64,000 nucleotides of DNA, from contig CAWDXE010000004.1 in the NCBI GenBank assembly GCA_963806185.1, positions 416,001-480,000 of the forward strand, in the 5' to 3' direction. The first letter of the stretch is position 1. Every line of letters starts with the position of its first letter. Positions 18,129 to 28,856 of this stretch are shown here, in pieces. The notes under the pieces are model-generated. The model saw nothing but the letters and a program-made list of their open reading frames with translations, did not search any database and was not told where the DNA came from. The DNA comes from an uncultured candidate division Zixibacteria bacterium (lineage in GTDB: Bacteria > Zixibacteria > MSB-5A5 > GN15 > FEB-12). The translations under genes and the position numbers were made by a program.

Positions 18129-19318
18129 TGGATGATCGTATGCCCTCTCGAATCAATTTTCTTTACTCGAATATCGGTCGTGGGCATCCGTTCTATCTTG
18201 ATGGCATTCTGGAATCGCTTATCCGCCGGGGCTCAATCAGTCTGGTGAAGGGGCAAACGGACGTCTTCGAAGTGTCCCGCGGACTCTCCCGACGCTCCTG
18301 GCAGGCGGCGCGATGGCTGTACCGCGAAGGGTCTTCGGGCGGAGCGCTTGGTCACCTGTATGCCCGTTTGCGCCAGGCCGGCGATTACAACCGGGGCGGC
18401 TTGGGGATGCATATCATGGGCCGTGATATCCGAAGAGTATATTCGGCGGATTCAGCGCCGATCCTGGTCGACCACCCTTTGTTGGTAGGTATTCTGCGTG
18501 GTCGCGGCGATCTGCTCTATCAGCACGGCGAGCAGGTAGCGCCGAGAGAAGCCATCGTCGCCGGTGCTTCGATGATCTTCGTCCCTTCGGAAGAAGTTGC
18601 CCGGGCTTTTCTCCACGCCGGCTACTCCGAAGAACAGCTATTCATTTCCGGACTGTGCATCGAGCCCACCTTGGCGAGGCAGGCCGAAGGTTCGTTTCAG
18701 AGCCGAATGACCCGACTCGAGAGTCGGACGCCGTTGACCGGGGCAATGTATTCTTCGGGAGCGGAACCACCGGCTCACATCGCCGCAATCTGCAACGCCT
18801 GTCTGTCGGTGGTGCAAGAGGGAGGGCGGGCAGTTGTTTTTGCCAGGGAAGACGGCAAATTGCTGACGCGACTGTCAGGCGTTCTGCGGGCACAGGGTCT
18901 GGAAGATTTCTCCATCAGATCGACCGACTTCCTGCCGCAAGTTTTGCCGCCTATCCTGATCGCCATTTTCAACTCGCCGCGTGAAGAGACTGCGTTGACC
19001 AGCCGTCTCTTTCCTGCCTTCGACTATTTCGTTGCCCCCTCTCATGAACGAACCAACTGGGCTCTTGGTCTGGGACTGCCGATGTTTGTGCTGACTCCTA
19101 CAATAGGGGAATTCGCCCGACTCAACCTCGATTTATTGCGCAACGCAGCCGTTGGCGAAGCACTCTCTGAGAATCTCCCTCCGGCAACCCTTGGCGTGGC
19201 ATTGCGGCATTACCGGCGTGAGGGTCAGCTGCGTCGCATGGCTGAGGCCGGCTGGGGCAGGCGACGAATCGACGGATTCCCCGCTATCGCTGATTTCCTC
19301 GTAAATCGATACGCATAG
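18128..19318 (+). CDS. Hypothetical protein, possible GT-B glycosyltransferase-like fold
   Basis: Coupled start (TGATG); N-terminal SNIGRGH resembles the SxGxGH motif of GT28/MGDG synthases; GLPMFVL near the C-terminus. Confidence 0.5.
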   Translation: MDDRMPSRINFLYSNIGRGHPFYLDGILESLIRRGSISLVKGQTDVFEVSRGLSRRSWQAARWLYREGSSGGALGHLYARLRQAGDYNRGGLGMHIMGRDIRRVYSADSAPILVDHPLLVGILRGRGDLLYQHGEQVAPREAIVAGASMIFVPSEEVARAFLHAGYSEEQLFISGLCIEPTLARQAEGSFQSRMTRLESRTPLTGAMYSSGAEPPAHIAAICNACLSVVQEGGRAVVFAREDGKLLTRLSGVLRAQGLEDFSIRSTDFLPQVLPPILIAIFNSPREETALTSRLFPAFDYFVAPSHERTNWALGLGLPMFVLTPTIGEFARLNLDLLRNAAVGEALSENLPPATLGVALRHYRREGQLRRMAEAGWGRRRIDGFPAIADFLVNRYA

Positions 19319-19377
19319 CGGGTCGACGATCCAAATCAGTTGAATCCGCATAGTGGCCGACCTATATTGCTCACTCT

Positions 19378-20598
19378 ATGTGGAATCGCGTCACCGGGTT
19401 CGTCCGCCAGTATGATCGCAACCTTTGGATACTGGTGTTTGGCTGGTTTGTCGCCGCTCTCGGCTTCTCGTCATCAGTCCCATTTCTTGCCATCTATTTC
19501 CACAGTCAATTGGGGCTGTCCACTTCGCAGATTGGGATCTTTTTCGCCGCGATGGCCATCATCAGGTCGTTCTTCATGCTGGTAGGGGGAGAGCTATCGG
19601 ATCGATTTGGCCGTCATAAGCTGCTCGTGAGTGCTCAGTTCCTGCGAGCCATGTCCTTCGCGGCGTTAGGAGTGGTGATATACCTCAACATGGGGTTCTG
19701 GACCATCTGTGCAATCTGGACGGTCGAAGCCGTTTGCGGCTCACTCTTCATGCCGTCCATGAACGGACTGGTGTCCGATCTTCTCCCGCCTGAACGTCGC
19801 CTGTACGGATACGCGCTCGCCCGCTCGGCCGCCAACCTCGGCTGGGCAGTCGGACCCGCGATAGGCGGATTTTTGGCCAAGACGTCCTACTCCTCACTGT
19901 TCTTTGTCTCGGCGGGAGCAGCTCTGGCGTCGGCCCTGGTCTTTCGGTTCTTCTTCAAACCGCCGCCAATGATCATCACTCCGGATCGTTTCAAACTGTC
20001 GGACCTTGTGGCTATCCGGGAGGACAAACACCTGGCCACACATGCCTTCCTGACCTTTCTGCTGACCCTGGTCATGGCACAGTTAATCGCACCATTTTCA
20101 TTATATACGGTCGAGATCCGGGGCATGACGGAATCAGACCTTGGCATGCTCTTCACGCTAAATGGGTTGCTGGTGGTGTTGTTGCAGATACCCGTCACCC
20201 GTCTCTTGCGCAACCAGCGGCTGACAGACCAACTAGCATGGGGGGGACTGTTGTATTTTGTCGGCTACGGCATCGCCGGCTTCTTCGAGCCGTTCTGGCC
20301 GTATGTCTTCGTTATCATGCTCATCACCATGGGCGAGGTGACTTTGTCGCCCCCCAGCATGACGCTAACGGCCAACCTGGCGCCGCCGGGCCGCATCGGT
20401 CGATACATGGGCATTCGCGGATTCTGTGATACGGCAGGATGGTCATTGGGGCCGTTGTATGGAGGCGTGTTTCTTGATTATTTCGCTGATCGTCTGCCTG
20501 TCGCGTGGATGCTCATTGCATCGCTGGCGTTGGTGTCCGCTTTGGGATACTTCTGGTTCGGGCGCTTTCTTCCGGCGGCACTCAATAGGCACGATTGA
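19378..20598 (+). CDS. MFS transporter
   Basis: About 12 TM segments; GELSDRFGRHK motif A; preceded by TTGAAT-N17-TATATT with a very short leader. Confidence 0.92.
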   Translation: MWNRVTGFVRQYDRNLWILVFGWFVAALGFSSSVPFLAIYFHSQLGLSTSQIGIFFAAMAIIRSFFMLVGGELSDRFGRHKLLVSAQFLRAMSFAALGVVIYLNMGFWTICAIWTVEAVCGSLFMPSMNGLVSDLLPPERRLYGYALARSAANLGWAVGPAIGGFLAKTSYSSLFFVSAGAALASALVFRFFFKPPPMIITPDRFKLSDLVAIREDKHLATHAFLTFLLTLVMAQLIAPFSLYTVEIRGMTESDLGMLFTLNGLLVVLLQIPVTRLLRNQRLTDQLAWGGLLYFVGYGIAGFFEPFWPYVFVIMLITMGEVTLSPPSMTLTANLAPPGRIGRYMGIRGFCDTAGWSLGPLYGGVFLDYFADRLPVAWMLIASLALVSALGYFWFGRFLPAALNRHD

Positions 20599-20600
20599 CG

Positions 20601-23123
20601 TCACATGATGATGACGAACTTGCCAATCTGAGTTCGCGTTGCCGATTCAACCACATAGTAGTAGATGCCGCTGACAATCGACTGCGTGTTGCGGGAGATC
20701 AGGTCCCAGGTGTCATGCATCGATTCAGGACCACCGCCCGGAAAGTCGTGATGCACTTCATCGACCAGGTCTCCGTCCAGCGTGAAAATAGAGATCTTGC
20801 ACACGGCCGGCAAGTTGGCAAAGTGAATTCGTCGGGCACGTTCGACATACTCGTTTCGCTTCCGATTCTCGAAACCGAGCGAATCGTATCGGCTGTCAAG
20901 CGTGTACGGATTGGGGTAGACATAGACGTCGAGATTCTCGCTTTCAACGACGTCCGACGGTGTTTGCGGGTATTCACGGATTGAATTGTCGAGCGGGGGA
21001 GTTTCCAGCGGAGCCAGGCCGGCGATCGGTGAACCGAAATCGAAGACCGTGACTGAAGCTATGTAACTGATCGTCGGGAGCAAATTGTCAGCCACGTATT
21101 CATATTCGTAGTACTTTGGTAACGGTTCGCCGTGTTCGGTGGTAATCTGGTCGGTCGTCCAGTTGGCCGGATCCCTTCCCTGATTGACGGCGTCAGGAAA
21201 CGCGCGATGGATACCGTTGGGCGTCCGAAGATCGGATTGGTTAAACCCGTTCGGTTCGAAGTAGAAAGCCGAATCACCGACATAGAGGGGAGAGGAGCGA
21301 GGATAATCATCGGGGCTGAATGAATCTCCGTATATCTGCTTTAACGAGGTGAGGGTGAATGGGATGTTCAACAGCACCCATTGCGGCGTGACGCCCGCTG
21401 ATTGCTTCCAGTAGTACCGGTTGAAATTCTCATAATCGTACGACGTCAATAACGTGAAACTGGCGTCACGATCGTCCAGCGCCAGGTACACGCGGTATCC
21501 CTCAAAGTCAATCAGGTTCAGGAAAGGATCGGGGGTATTTTCGCTGTAAAACCCGTTCCAGCGAATGTGCAACTTGCCGAGCGACGGCACGACCTTCAGT
21601 TTCGGTGCCGGCGGTGGTCCCGCACCCTTGAAATCCGGGACGTTGTCACCTTCCGTCCAGAAAGTGTCCACCCCGTTCAGCAGGCGAAATTTCCCCCGGT
21701 ATCCGTCTCTGTCGGTGTCCACGCCCGGATTGTCGTAGATCCATGATGCCCATCGAGCGTTGAGAGCGAGGTTGGAGAAATCGAGTTCGTTGTAAAAGGC
21801 TCGTGGATTGTTGGAGTCCCAATAGGTGGTGAAGTCCGACGGATTCACGTGCAAGTTCCGTCCGCCCACCCAGGCAAACGACACCGGAAGGTTCTGGCCG
21901 GGCTCAATGTCAAACGGCCCGAAACTCAATAGGTATCGCGTATCAAACCCGTCGGCAATAACGCTCGCCGTGCCTGGTGGTGACATGAAGCCCTCGAACG
22001 AGTGATCCTGGGCGGTGAACAGGAGGTCATAGTCGAACTCCGGGTGGGACATCAGGTAGTACTTGTTGCGGTCGCCCTGAGGCGTTCCCAGTCCTGATCC
22101 GATCGCGCGAAAGGGTCGCTCGTTCGTTCCGCGCATCCGGGGACCGAAATCCAGCGCCGGATCAGAATAATTGGTTATCCACCAGTTGAAGGAGTAGGTG
22201 AGCGAATCGGCAGGAGTCCGGACAACGCGTGTCGCCATGACGTCCCGACCGGACCGATAATCCCACGCCCCGCCCGTGGGGTCACCATCGTTGTCGGCGT
22301 GCCACGCCATGTTTACGGTATCGAGAAAGGCGGCATCCTCCGGCGACGGAAACGTGGATCGAAAACCAACGATATCGTCCTCCCAATGATCTGAGTCACG
22401 ATTGCTGATGTGCCAGACATCACCATCGACCCAGATCCCGATATACACATCGTCCAATCGCTCGGAGCCGGAGTTGCGGATGCCGTAATCGAAGAGGACG
22501 AAATCATCGGCATAATCGTAGCTCCAGGCCATAGATCGCTGACTGATCTCGATGCCGAGCGGTCTGTGTGATCGACGATCCGTGTCGTCCTGCCCTACCA
22601 GTGTCGGGTCGGTGAAGGTATCGGTGTACATGCACGAGATGTCCTGCTCCGAATACGCCGCCGAGGAATAGAGGGGACTGTTCAAGTCGATTGATTGGTA
22701 GGTGAAGCCGGTGTCGGGCGACCAGAATTCTGCGGTGGCGTAGTAATCCTCTGAACCACACGAAACCAGCGTGTCCTTGCCGACCACCGCCCCGATCCAG
22801 AAAGCGCCGACCCAGAGATAGACGATGTCACTGTTCTTGGGATAGCGGCAGGACCAGGCCGTCTGATTAGTTAGGGGATCGGTGATGCCGTCGCCGAACG
22901 TGCCAAAAGTACCGTTGTTGCCTACGACCAGTTCTACGTTGCCTCGGTTGTGGACGGCATACTTGAGGCGTGGCGGAGCAGCCGCCAGCCGTTGCGCCTG
23001 ACGTACGGCGGCGAGCTGTTTGAAGTCGTCCGACGCTTCGCGGGCTTCAAGAGCAGAAAATCCAGTGGATACTAATAGGGCCGCTGTCAGCAATAGACAG
23101 CGGCCCGAATGGCAATAGTTCAT
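20601..23123 (-). CDS. Uncharacterised secreted protein (paralog 1), FN3-like region and CTD-like C-terminus
   Basis: Signal peptide; HNRGNVELVVGNNGTFG; PPPAP...DFEGYRVY; VYPNPY...WDLISRNTQSIVSGIY...QIGKFVIIM. Confidence 0.8.
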   Translation of the reverse strand: MNYCHSGRCLLLTAALLVSTGFSALEAREASDDFKQLAAVRQAQRLAAAPPRLKYAVHNRGNVELVVGNNGTFGTFGDGITDPLTNQTAWSCRYPKNSDIVYLWVGAFWIGAVVGKDTLVSCGSEDYYATAEFWSPDTGFTYQSIDLNSPLYSSAAYSEQDISCMYTDTFTDPTLVGQDDTDRRSHRPLGIEISQRSMAWSYDYADDFVLFDYGIRNSGSERLDDVYIGIWVDGDVWHISNRDSDHWEDDIVGFRSTFPSPEDAAFLDTVNMAWHADNDGDPTGGAWDYRSGRDVMATRVVRTPADSLTYSFNWWITNYSDPALDFGPRMRGTNERPFRAIGSGLGTPQGDRNKYYLMSHPEFDYDLLFTAQDHSFEGFMSPPGTASVIADGFDTRYLLSFGPFDIEPGQNLPVSFAWVGGRNLHVNPSDFTTYWDSNNPRAFYNELDFSNLALNARWASWIYDNPGVDTDRDGYRGKFRLLNGVDTFWTEGDNVPDFKGAGPPPAPKLKVVPSLGKLHIRWNGFYSENTPDPFLNLIDFEGYRVYLALDDRDASFTLLTSYDYENFNRYYWKQSAGVTPQWVLLNIPFTLTSLKQIYGDSFSPDDYPRSSPLYVGDSAFYFEPNGFNQSDLRTPNGIHRAFPDAVNQGRDPANWTTDQITTEHGEPLPKYYEYEYVADNLLPTISYIASVTVFDFGSPIAGLAPLETPPLDNSIREYPQTPSDVVESENLDVYVYPNPYTLDSRYDSLGFENRKRNEYVERARRIHFANLPAVCKISIFTLDGDLVDEVHHDFPGGGPESMHDTWDLISRNTQSIVSGIYYYVVESATRTQIGKFVIIM

Positions 23124-23126
23124 AGG

Positions 23127-25728
23127 TTACATGATGACGATCAGCTTACCAATCTGCGTACGCCCCTTGTCGTCTTCTACCGTCCAGAAGTATATCCCGG
23201 ATACGATCAATTGTGTATTGCGGGTGATCAAATCCCACGTGTCGTGGTTGGCTTCGGGATTGTTGGGGTCGACGTCGTGAGTCACCTCGTCCACCAAGTC
23301 ACCGTCGAGTGAGAAAATGCGAATAGTGCACTTGGGCGGGAGATTGGCGAAATGCACACGGCGCAGGCGGTCAGGTTCGACAGAACCAACACTGGCATCC
23401 TTTTCCCGGCCCTCATACCCTTCTTCGAGATAATTCCCGTCGATACGATACGGGTTGGGATAGACGTATACATCCAAATCCTTGCCGGCCAGCGATACTG
23501 ACGATTCCAGAGCGTACGTGATGGACGGCTGGAAAGACACCTGGGTTTCCAGGCTCTTCAACCCCGACTGCGGGGAGCCAAAGTCAAAAGCCGTCACGTT
23601 GACGTAGTACTCAACGGTGGGCAGGAGATTCGGTATGGTATACTCATACATGAAGTACTTCAGGTACTTGGTACCGTTCTCCTCGTAAACCTCATCCGGA
23701 CTGGCCACAGAATCCGGATTCAGAGAACTTGGATACGGTGGATAGAGGAAACATCTTCTCAATCCCCGTAGTAGGCTGGTCTTCGTTCGCAAAGCGGCTT
23801 CGATTGTAATCCTGCGGTTCAAAGTAGAAGGCAGAATCGCCCAGGCGATACGGACTAACCCGGCTGTACACCAGCGGATCCCACGTCGTCTCCTCACCGT
23901 CAGGCGCATACAGGGCGCGCAACGAGTCGAGGGTAAACGGGATGTCCAGCAACACCCATTCGCCTGCGGTACCTGACGCGGGATCGAAGATGAATTTGTT
24001 GAAATCCTCGCGATCGTACGACTGGGCCAGCGTGTAACTTGATGAGCGGTAGTCGCGACCGTAATACACGCGGTACCCTTCGAAATCAAGCTGGTGGGAG
24101 AAGGCGTCACGAGTCGCCTCTGACCGCGCACCATACCATCGGACGGTGATCCTTCCTACTTCCGGAACCACCCAGTGCGCCGGAGCCGGGGGCGGCGAAG
24201 CGCCCTTGAAATCCGGTACGCCATCACCCTTGTACCAAGTTGTATCCGCCCGGGTATAGACCCAATGGCCCTGATCATTCAAGATGGAATCCATGACGCA
24301 AATGTGGTATTCACCAGCATATCCGTTGGAGTCGGTATCGACTCCCGGATTATCATAAATCCACCCTGCCCAGGCGGCATTCAGGCCAAGATCGGTGAAG
24401 TGAAGGTTCGAATAGAAAGCCTGTGGATTGTACGTCTCGCACTCCAAGTTCTGGATATTGCTGACGTCGGTGTGCAGGCCGAACCCCGCCAGGTAGGCCA
24501 GTGAAATCGGCAGACTCTGACCCGGCTCGATATCGAACGGCCCAAACGACAAGAGATACCGTGTGTCATACCCGTTGGACAAGTCGCACGCGACCTGCTG
24601 AGGCGGGTAAACCCACTGTGTATCCAGCGGTGAAATCTGAGCAGTATATGCCTGGTCAAAATCAAACTCACCATTGCGCATGTACCAGTATTTGTTGCGG
24701 TCGCCTTCCGGCGTCCCCTGTCCGCCGGTGCTCAAATCCCGAAATGTTTTCCGTCCTTGTGGACCAAAATCGCGTCGAGCATCGGAATTTGAAATCCACC
24801 AGTTGAAAGAGACCTTCGGCGAATCGGCCGGCGTCCGCACAATGCGGGTTGCCGTTATGTGCGGCACCTGCATTGACGGCGAGAGACCGAGATCACCGTC
24901 GTTATCGGCGATCCAGGCTATGTCTACGATGTCGTTGAAAGGACATTGGGCCGGTGCGTATGACGCCGGCATGGAGCGGATGAAACCGCAAATGTCGTCC
25001 TGCGCTCCTTCATCCTGGTTGACCAGGGCGAACACGTCAGCGTCGACATACAATCCCATGTAGACGGCGTTGAGGCGTTCCGTCCCCATATTCCGGATTC
25101 GGAAGTCAAATAGTACAAAGTCCTCCGCATAGGAATACGACCAGGCATATGAATTCTGCGAGACTTCAACGAAGAGCGGCCTGTGTCCCCGGTGATCGAT
25201 AACGTCCGGCCTCGTTCCGTTGCAAGCCGTGCAGGTATCAAAGAAGGTGGACACGTAGTCCTGTTCGGAGATGGCACCCTCGTACTCCGGCTTGGCCGGA
25301 TCGGTAATTGAGCGATACTGCATGGCGCCGAGCGCTCCCGCTTCCGGATACAGCTCCGTGCTCTGAGTCCAGCCGTCTTCAGCCACCGACACGAGGGTAT
25401 CCCGCCCGACCACAGCGCCGATCCATACGGCGCCCGCAAAGCAGTACTTGGTATTGGAGCCTTTGGGATATTCGCAGCTCTTCACCGTTTCGCCGGTGAA
25501 TGCGTCCGAAGCGCCCGCGGCACCCTCAGTATATCCGTACGTGCCGTTATTCGATACGGCCATCACGATCCTGCCGACGTTGTGCTCCGCCACCATCAGG
25601 TTCGGCGCCAGTGCAGAACGATCTATCGGTCGGCCATCAGAATCCTTGGACAAGCGGCCAAACGCAGAAGCCGCCAGGAGCAAGACCAATCCAATGCGTA
25701 GCCCCACCTTACCAACTGACATATTCAC
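23127..25728 (-). pseudogene. Paralog 2 of the same family, split by an apparent +1 frameshift near 23745
   Basis: ORFs 23692-25728 and 23127-24134 together align to paralog 3; 10 nt lie between KMFP and (Y/F)PSSL here versus 9 nt in paralog 3. Confidence 0.8.
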
Positions 25729-25899
25729 GAGACCCTCACTTCTTGAGACCCAAAACTTCCCAGTCCAGTGCGAACCATGTGGTCTGTTCGCTGTATGCGT
25801 ATGCGTTACCCGCGGCCTTCACCTGCCGCGGCGAAAACCAATTCTAAACCTAAGAAAATGCGATAAACAGGGCAAGCCTTTTCACCCCGTCCCCATCAA

Positions 25900-25928
25900 T
25901 AGACGCTCCAGCGTCAAAGGATGTGGAG
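25900..25928 (-). promoter_or_regulatory. ECF-like promoter motif
   Basis: CTCCAC-N17-CGTCTA; a sigma70-like TTGCCC-N17-TAGGTT also lies at 25875-25847. Confidence 0.35.
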
Positions 25929-26041
25929 TCGATACACTCCCATTTCTTTGGCGTTAACAAGATCAAAATACTGCGCAAAATCACCCATCAACGATGCCGA
26001 GTGAGATGTCCGAACTTTGGCTTAACCGAATGCCACACAAC

Positions 26042-26075
26042 AAAAAAGCCGCCGCCTGGACACAGGCGGCGGCTT
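26042..26075 (-). terminator. Intrinsic terminator after paralog 3
   Basis: GCCGCCGCCTG-N4-CAGGCGGCGGC with T6 on the minus strand. Confidence 0.85.
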
Positions 26076-26102
26076 CGAGTGGCGTCTCCACTCGGTTCTA
26101 AA

Positions 26103-28697
26103 TTACATGACGACTACCAGCTTACCGATCTGGGTGTTTCCCTTGTCGTCCTCGACGGTCCAATAATAAATGCCGGAGACGATCAATTGTGTATTGCGGG
26201 TGATCAAATCCCAGGTGTCGTGGTTGGCTTCGGGATCGTTGGCATCGACATCATGAATCACTTCGTCCACCAGGTCGCCGTCCAGTGAAAAAATGCGAAT
26301 GGTGCACTTGGGCGGAAGGTTGGCAAAGTGTACGCGACGCAGCCGGTCGCGCTCGGCCGTGCCCACGCCGGCATCACGTTCCCGACCCTCGAACCCTTCT
26401 TCCAGGTACTTCCCGTCGATGCGATACGGGTTGGGATAGACGTACACGTTCAGGTCTTTGCCGGCCAGCGCCGTGTTCGATTCCAAGGCGTAGGTGATGG
26501 AGGGGTTGAACGTCACCTGAGTCTCCAGACTCTTCAAGCCCGACTGCGGCGATCCGAAGTCAAAGGCGGTCACATTCACATAGTACTCCACTGTCGGCAG
26601 CAGATTGTCGATCGTATACTCATACATGAAGTACTTCAGATACTTCTTGCCGTTCTCTTCATACACTTCGTCCGGGCTGTCTACCGAATCGACATCGAGT
26701 GAACTCGGAAAGGCCGCGTGCGGAAACATCTTGACAATTTCGGTGAGCGGCTGATCTTCGTTGCCGAAACGGCTCCGGTTGTAATCCTGCGGCTCGAAAT
26801 AGAAGGCGGAATCGCCGAGACGATACGGATTGACCCGGCTGTACACCAGCGGATTCCAGGTCGTCTCCTCGCCGGGAGGCGCGTAGAGGGCGCGCAGAGA
26901 ATCCAGGGTAAAAGGAATATCCAGCAGCACCCAGTCACCTGAGGTCCCCGCTGTGGGATCGAAGATGAACTTGTTGAAGTCTTCCCGGTCATACGACTGG
27001 CCCAGCGTGTAACTTGAGGCACGGTAGTCGCGACCATAATAGACACGGTATCCTTCGAAATCGAATTGTCGAGAAAACGCATCTCGCGTCTCCTCAGAGC
27101 GCACACCATTCCAGCGAACCGTAATCTTACCCACCTCGGGAATCACCCAATGCTCGGGAGCGGGCGGTGGGGAGGCACCCCTGAAGTCCGGCACACCGTC
27201 TCCCCGATACCAAGTCGTGTCGGATCGGGTGATAATCCAGCCGCCTTCCGGGTTGGGGATAGAATCAAAATTACAGACATGGAAATCGCCGGCGTACCCA
27301 TTCGAATCCGAATCTACTCCCGGATTGTCATAAATCCAACTGGCCCAGGCGGCGTTGAGACCCAGGTCGGTGAAATCCAAATTCGCATAGTACTGTTGCG
27401 GGTTGTAATTGTCCTGAAGATTACCCAGATTGGTTTCATCGGTGTGGAGATTCATACCGCCGACGTAAGCCAGGGAGATTGGAAGGCTTTGACCCGGCTC
27501 GATGTCGAAAGGACCGAAGGAGAGCAGGTATCGCGTATCGTAACCGTCGGACAAATCCGGCGCCACCTGCTGGGGAGGATATTGCCACTGCGTGTCAAGC
27601 GGGAGAATCTGTCGAGTAAACACTTGATCGTAATCAAACTCGCCGTTGCTCAGGAACCAGTACTTGTTGCGATCTCCTTCCGGCGTTCCCTGACCGCCGG
27701 TACCGAGGTCGCGGTATGTTTTCCGACCCTGCGGCCCGAAATCCCGTCGCGCATCACCGTTGGAAATCCACCAGTTGAAGGAGACTTTCAGAGATTCTGA
27801 GGGTGTTCTCACAATTCGTGTAGCAGTGACATTTGGCACCTGCAGCGAAGTTGTCTGCGTCAAATCGCCGTCATTGTCGGCGATCCAGGCGATGTTCACG
27901 GTGTCGTTGAACGGGCACTGTGCCGGCGCGTAGGAGGCCGGCATGGAACGAATGAATCCGCACACGTCGTCATCATACCCTTCGGTGTTAATACGTGCGT
28001 GCACGTCGGCGTCCACATAGATGCCCATATAGACGTCATTCAGCCGCCGGGTATTGATATTCTGAACAGAGAAGTCGAAAAGAACAAAGTCCTCGGCATA
28101 CGAATATGACCAGGCGTAGGAGTTCTGGGTCACCTTGAGGCCGATGGGCCGGTGGGGGCGATTGTCAACCTTGTCGGTGGATACCCCGGAGCAATTAATG
28201 CACGTGTCATAATAAACGGCGAGGTAGTCTTCTTCGGAAATTGCGCCCTCATACACGTCCGGCTTGGACGGATCGGTGATCGATCGATATTGCAGGCCGA
28301 CAATATCGTCCGGAAACAGCTCCTGGCCGCCAGTCCAGCCGTCTGCCGCCTGCGAAACAAGCGTATCGCGGCCCACTACGGCGCCAATCCAGACCGCCCC
28401 GACAAACAGGTATCTTGAGGGGGAGTCCTTGGGATAGGCACAGGATTGGATAATTTCGCCGGTGAAACAGTCATTGTTCGAAGGCGTATACCCATCGCCA
28501 AAGGTGCCGTTATTCACCACCATCAGTTCGATCTTGCCGACATTGTGGCCGGCCATACAAAGCGCAGGGGCAGCCATGCCGCTATGCTCGGCACGATAAT
28601 CGTAAGTGGCAGCATACCGGGCCCAGCCGGAAGAGGCTGCAAGAGAGAGGCTTACGGCGGCAAGTAGGGGTACCGCAAGACTACGTCGAATGTGCAC
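26103..28697 (-). CDS. Uncharacterised secreted protein (paralog 3)
   Basis: GTG start with GGAGG RBS; signal peptide; same architecture as 20601-23123. Confidence 0.82.
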   Translation of the reverse strand: MHIRRSLAVPLLAAVSLSLAASSGWARYAATYDYRAEHSGMAAPALCMAGHNVGKIELMVVNNGTFGDGYTPSNNDCFTGEIIQSCAYPKDSPSRYLFVGAVWIGAVVGRDTLVSQAADGWTGGQELFPDDIVGLQYRSITDPSKPDVYEGAISEEDYLAVYYDTCINCSGVSTDKVDNRPHRPIGLKVTQNSYAWSYSYAEDFVLFDFSVQNINTRRLNDVYMGIYVDADVHARINTEGYDDDVCGFIRSMPASYAPAQCPFNDTVNIAWIADNDGDLTQTTSLQVPNVTATRIVRTPSESLKVSFNWWISNGDARRDFGPQGRKTYRDLGTGGQGTPEGDRNKYWFLSNGEFDYDQVFTRQILPLDTQWQYPPQQVAPDLSDGYDTRYLLSFGPFDIEPGQSLPISLAYVGGMNLHTDETNLGNLQDNYNPQQYYANLDFTDLGLNAAWASWIYDNPGVDSDSNGYAGDFHVCNFDSIPNPEGGWIITRSDTTWYRGDGVPDFRGASPPPAPEHWVIPEVGKITVRWNGVRSEETRDAFSRQFDFEGYRVYYGRDYRASSYTLGQSYDREDFNKFIFDPTAGTSGDWVLLDIPFTLDSLRALYAPPGEETTWNPLVYSRVNPYRLGDSAFYFEPQDYNRSRFGNEDQPLTEIVKMFPHAAFPSSLDVDSVDSPDEVYEENGKKYLKYFMYEYTIDNLLPTVEYYVNVTAFDFGSPQSGLKSLETQVTFNPSITYALESNTALAGKDLNVYVYPNPYRIDGKYLEEGFEGRERDAGVGTAERDRLRRVHFANLPPKCTIRIFSLDGDLVDEVIHDVDANDPEANHDTWDLITRNTQLIVSGIYYWTVEDDKGNTQIGKLVVVM

Positions 28698-28729
28698 TTA
28701 GGTCCTCCAATCTCTGTCTAAGCGTCGCC

Positions 28730-28758
28730 AGTATATAGCCTTAGGACGCACAAGTCAA
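28730..28758 (-). promoter_or_regulatory. sigma70 promoter of paralog 3
   Basis: TTGACT-N17-TATACT. Confidence 0.7.
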
Positions 28759-28804
28759 GCTGACTGATTAAGCCCTGGTGAGAAATTTCCTCAATTTCCT
28801 GAAC

Positions 28805-28833
28805 AAAAAAGGGCCACCTTCTCAGGTGACCCT
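28805..28833 (-). terminator. Terminator of the M16 operon
   Basis: AGGGCCACCT-TCTC-AGGTGACCCT with a T-run on the minus strand. Confidence 0.7.
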
Positions 28834-28856
28834 CGTCTGAATCCCGCAAAAGAAGC

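Noticed and set aside
20601..28697. Diversity-generating retroelement (TR/VR) behind the repeated segments
   Set aside because: No reverse transcriptase in the window; the repeats are whole-gene paralogy and the mismatch seen is not adenine-specific
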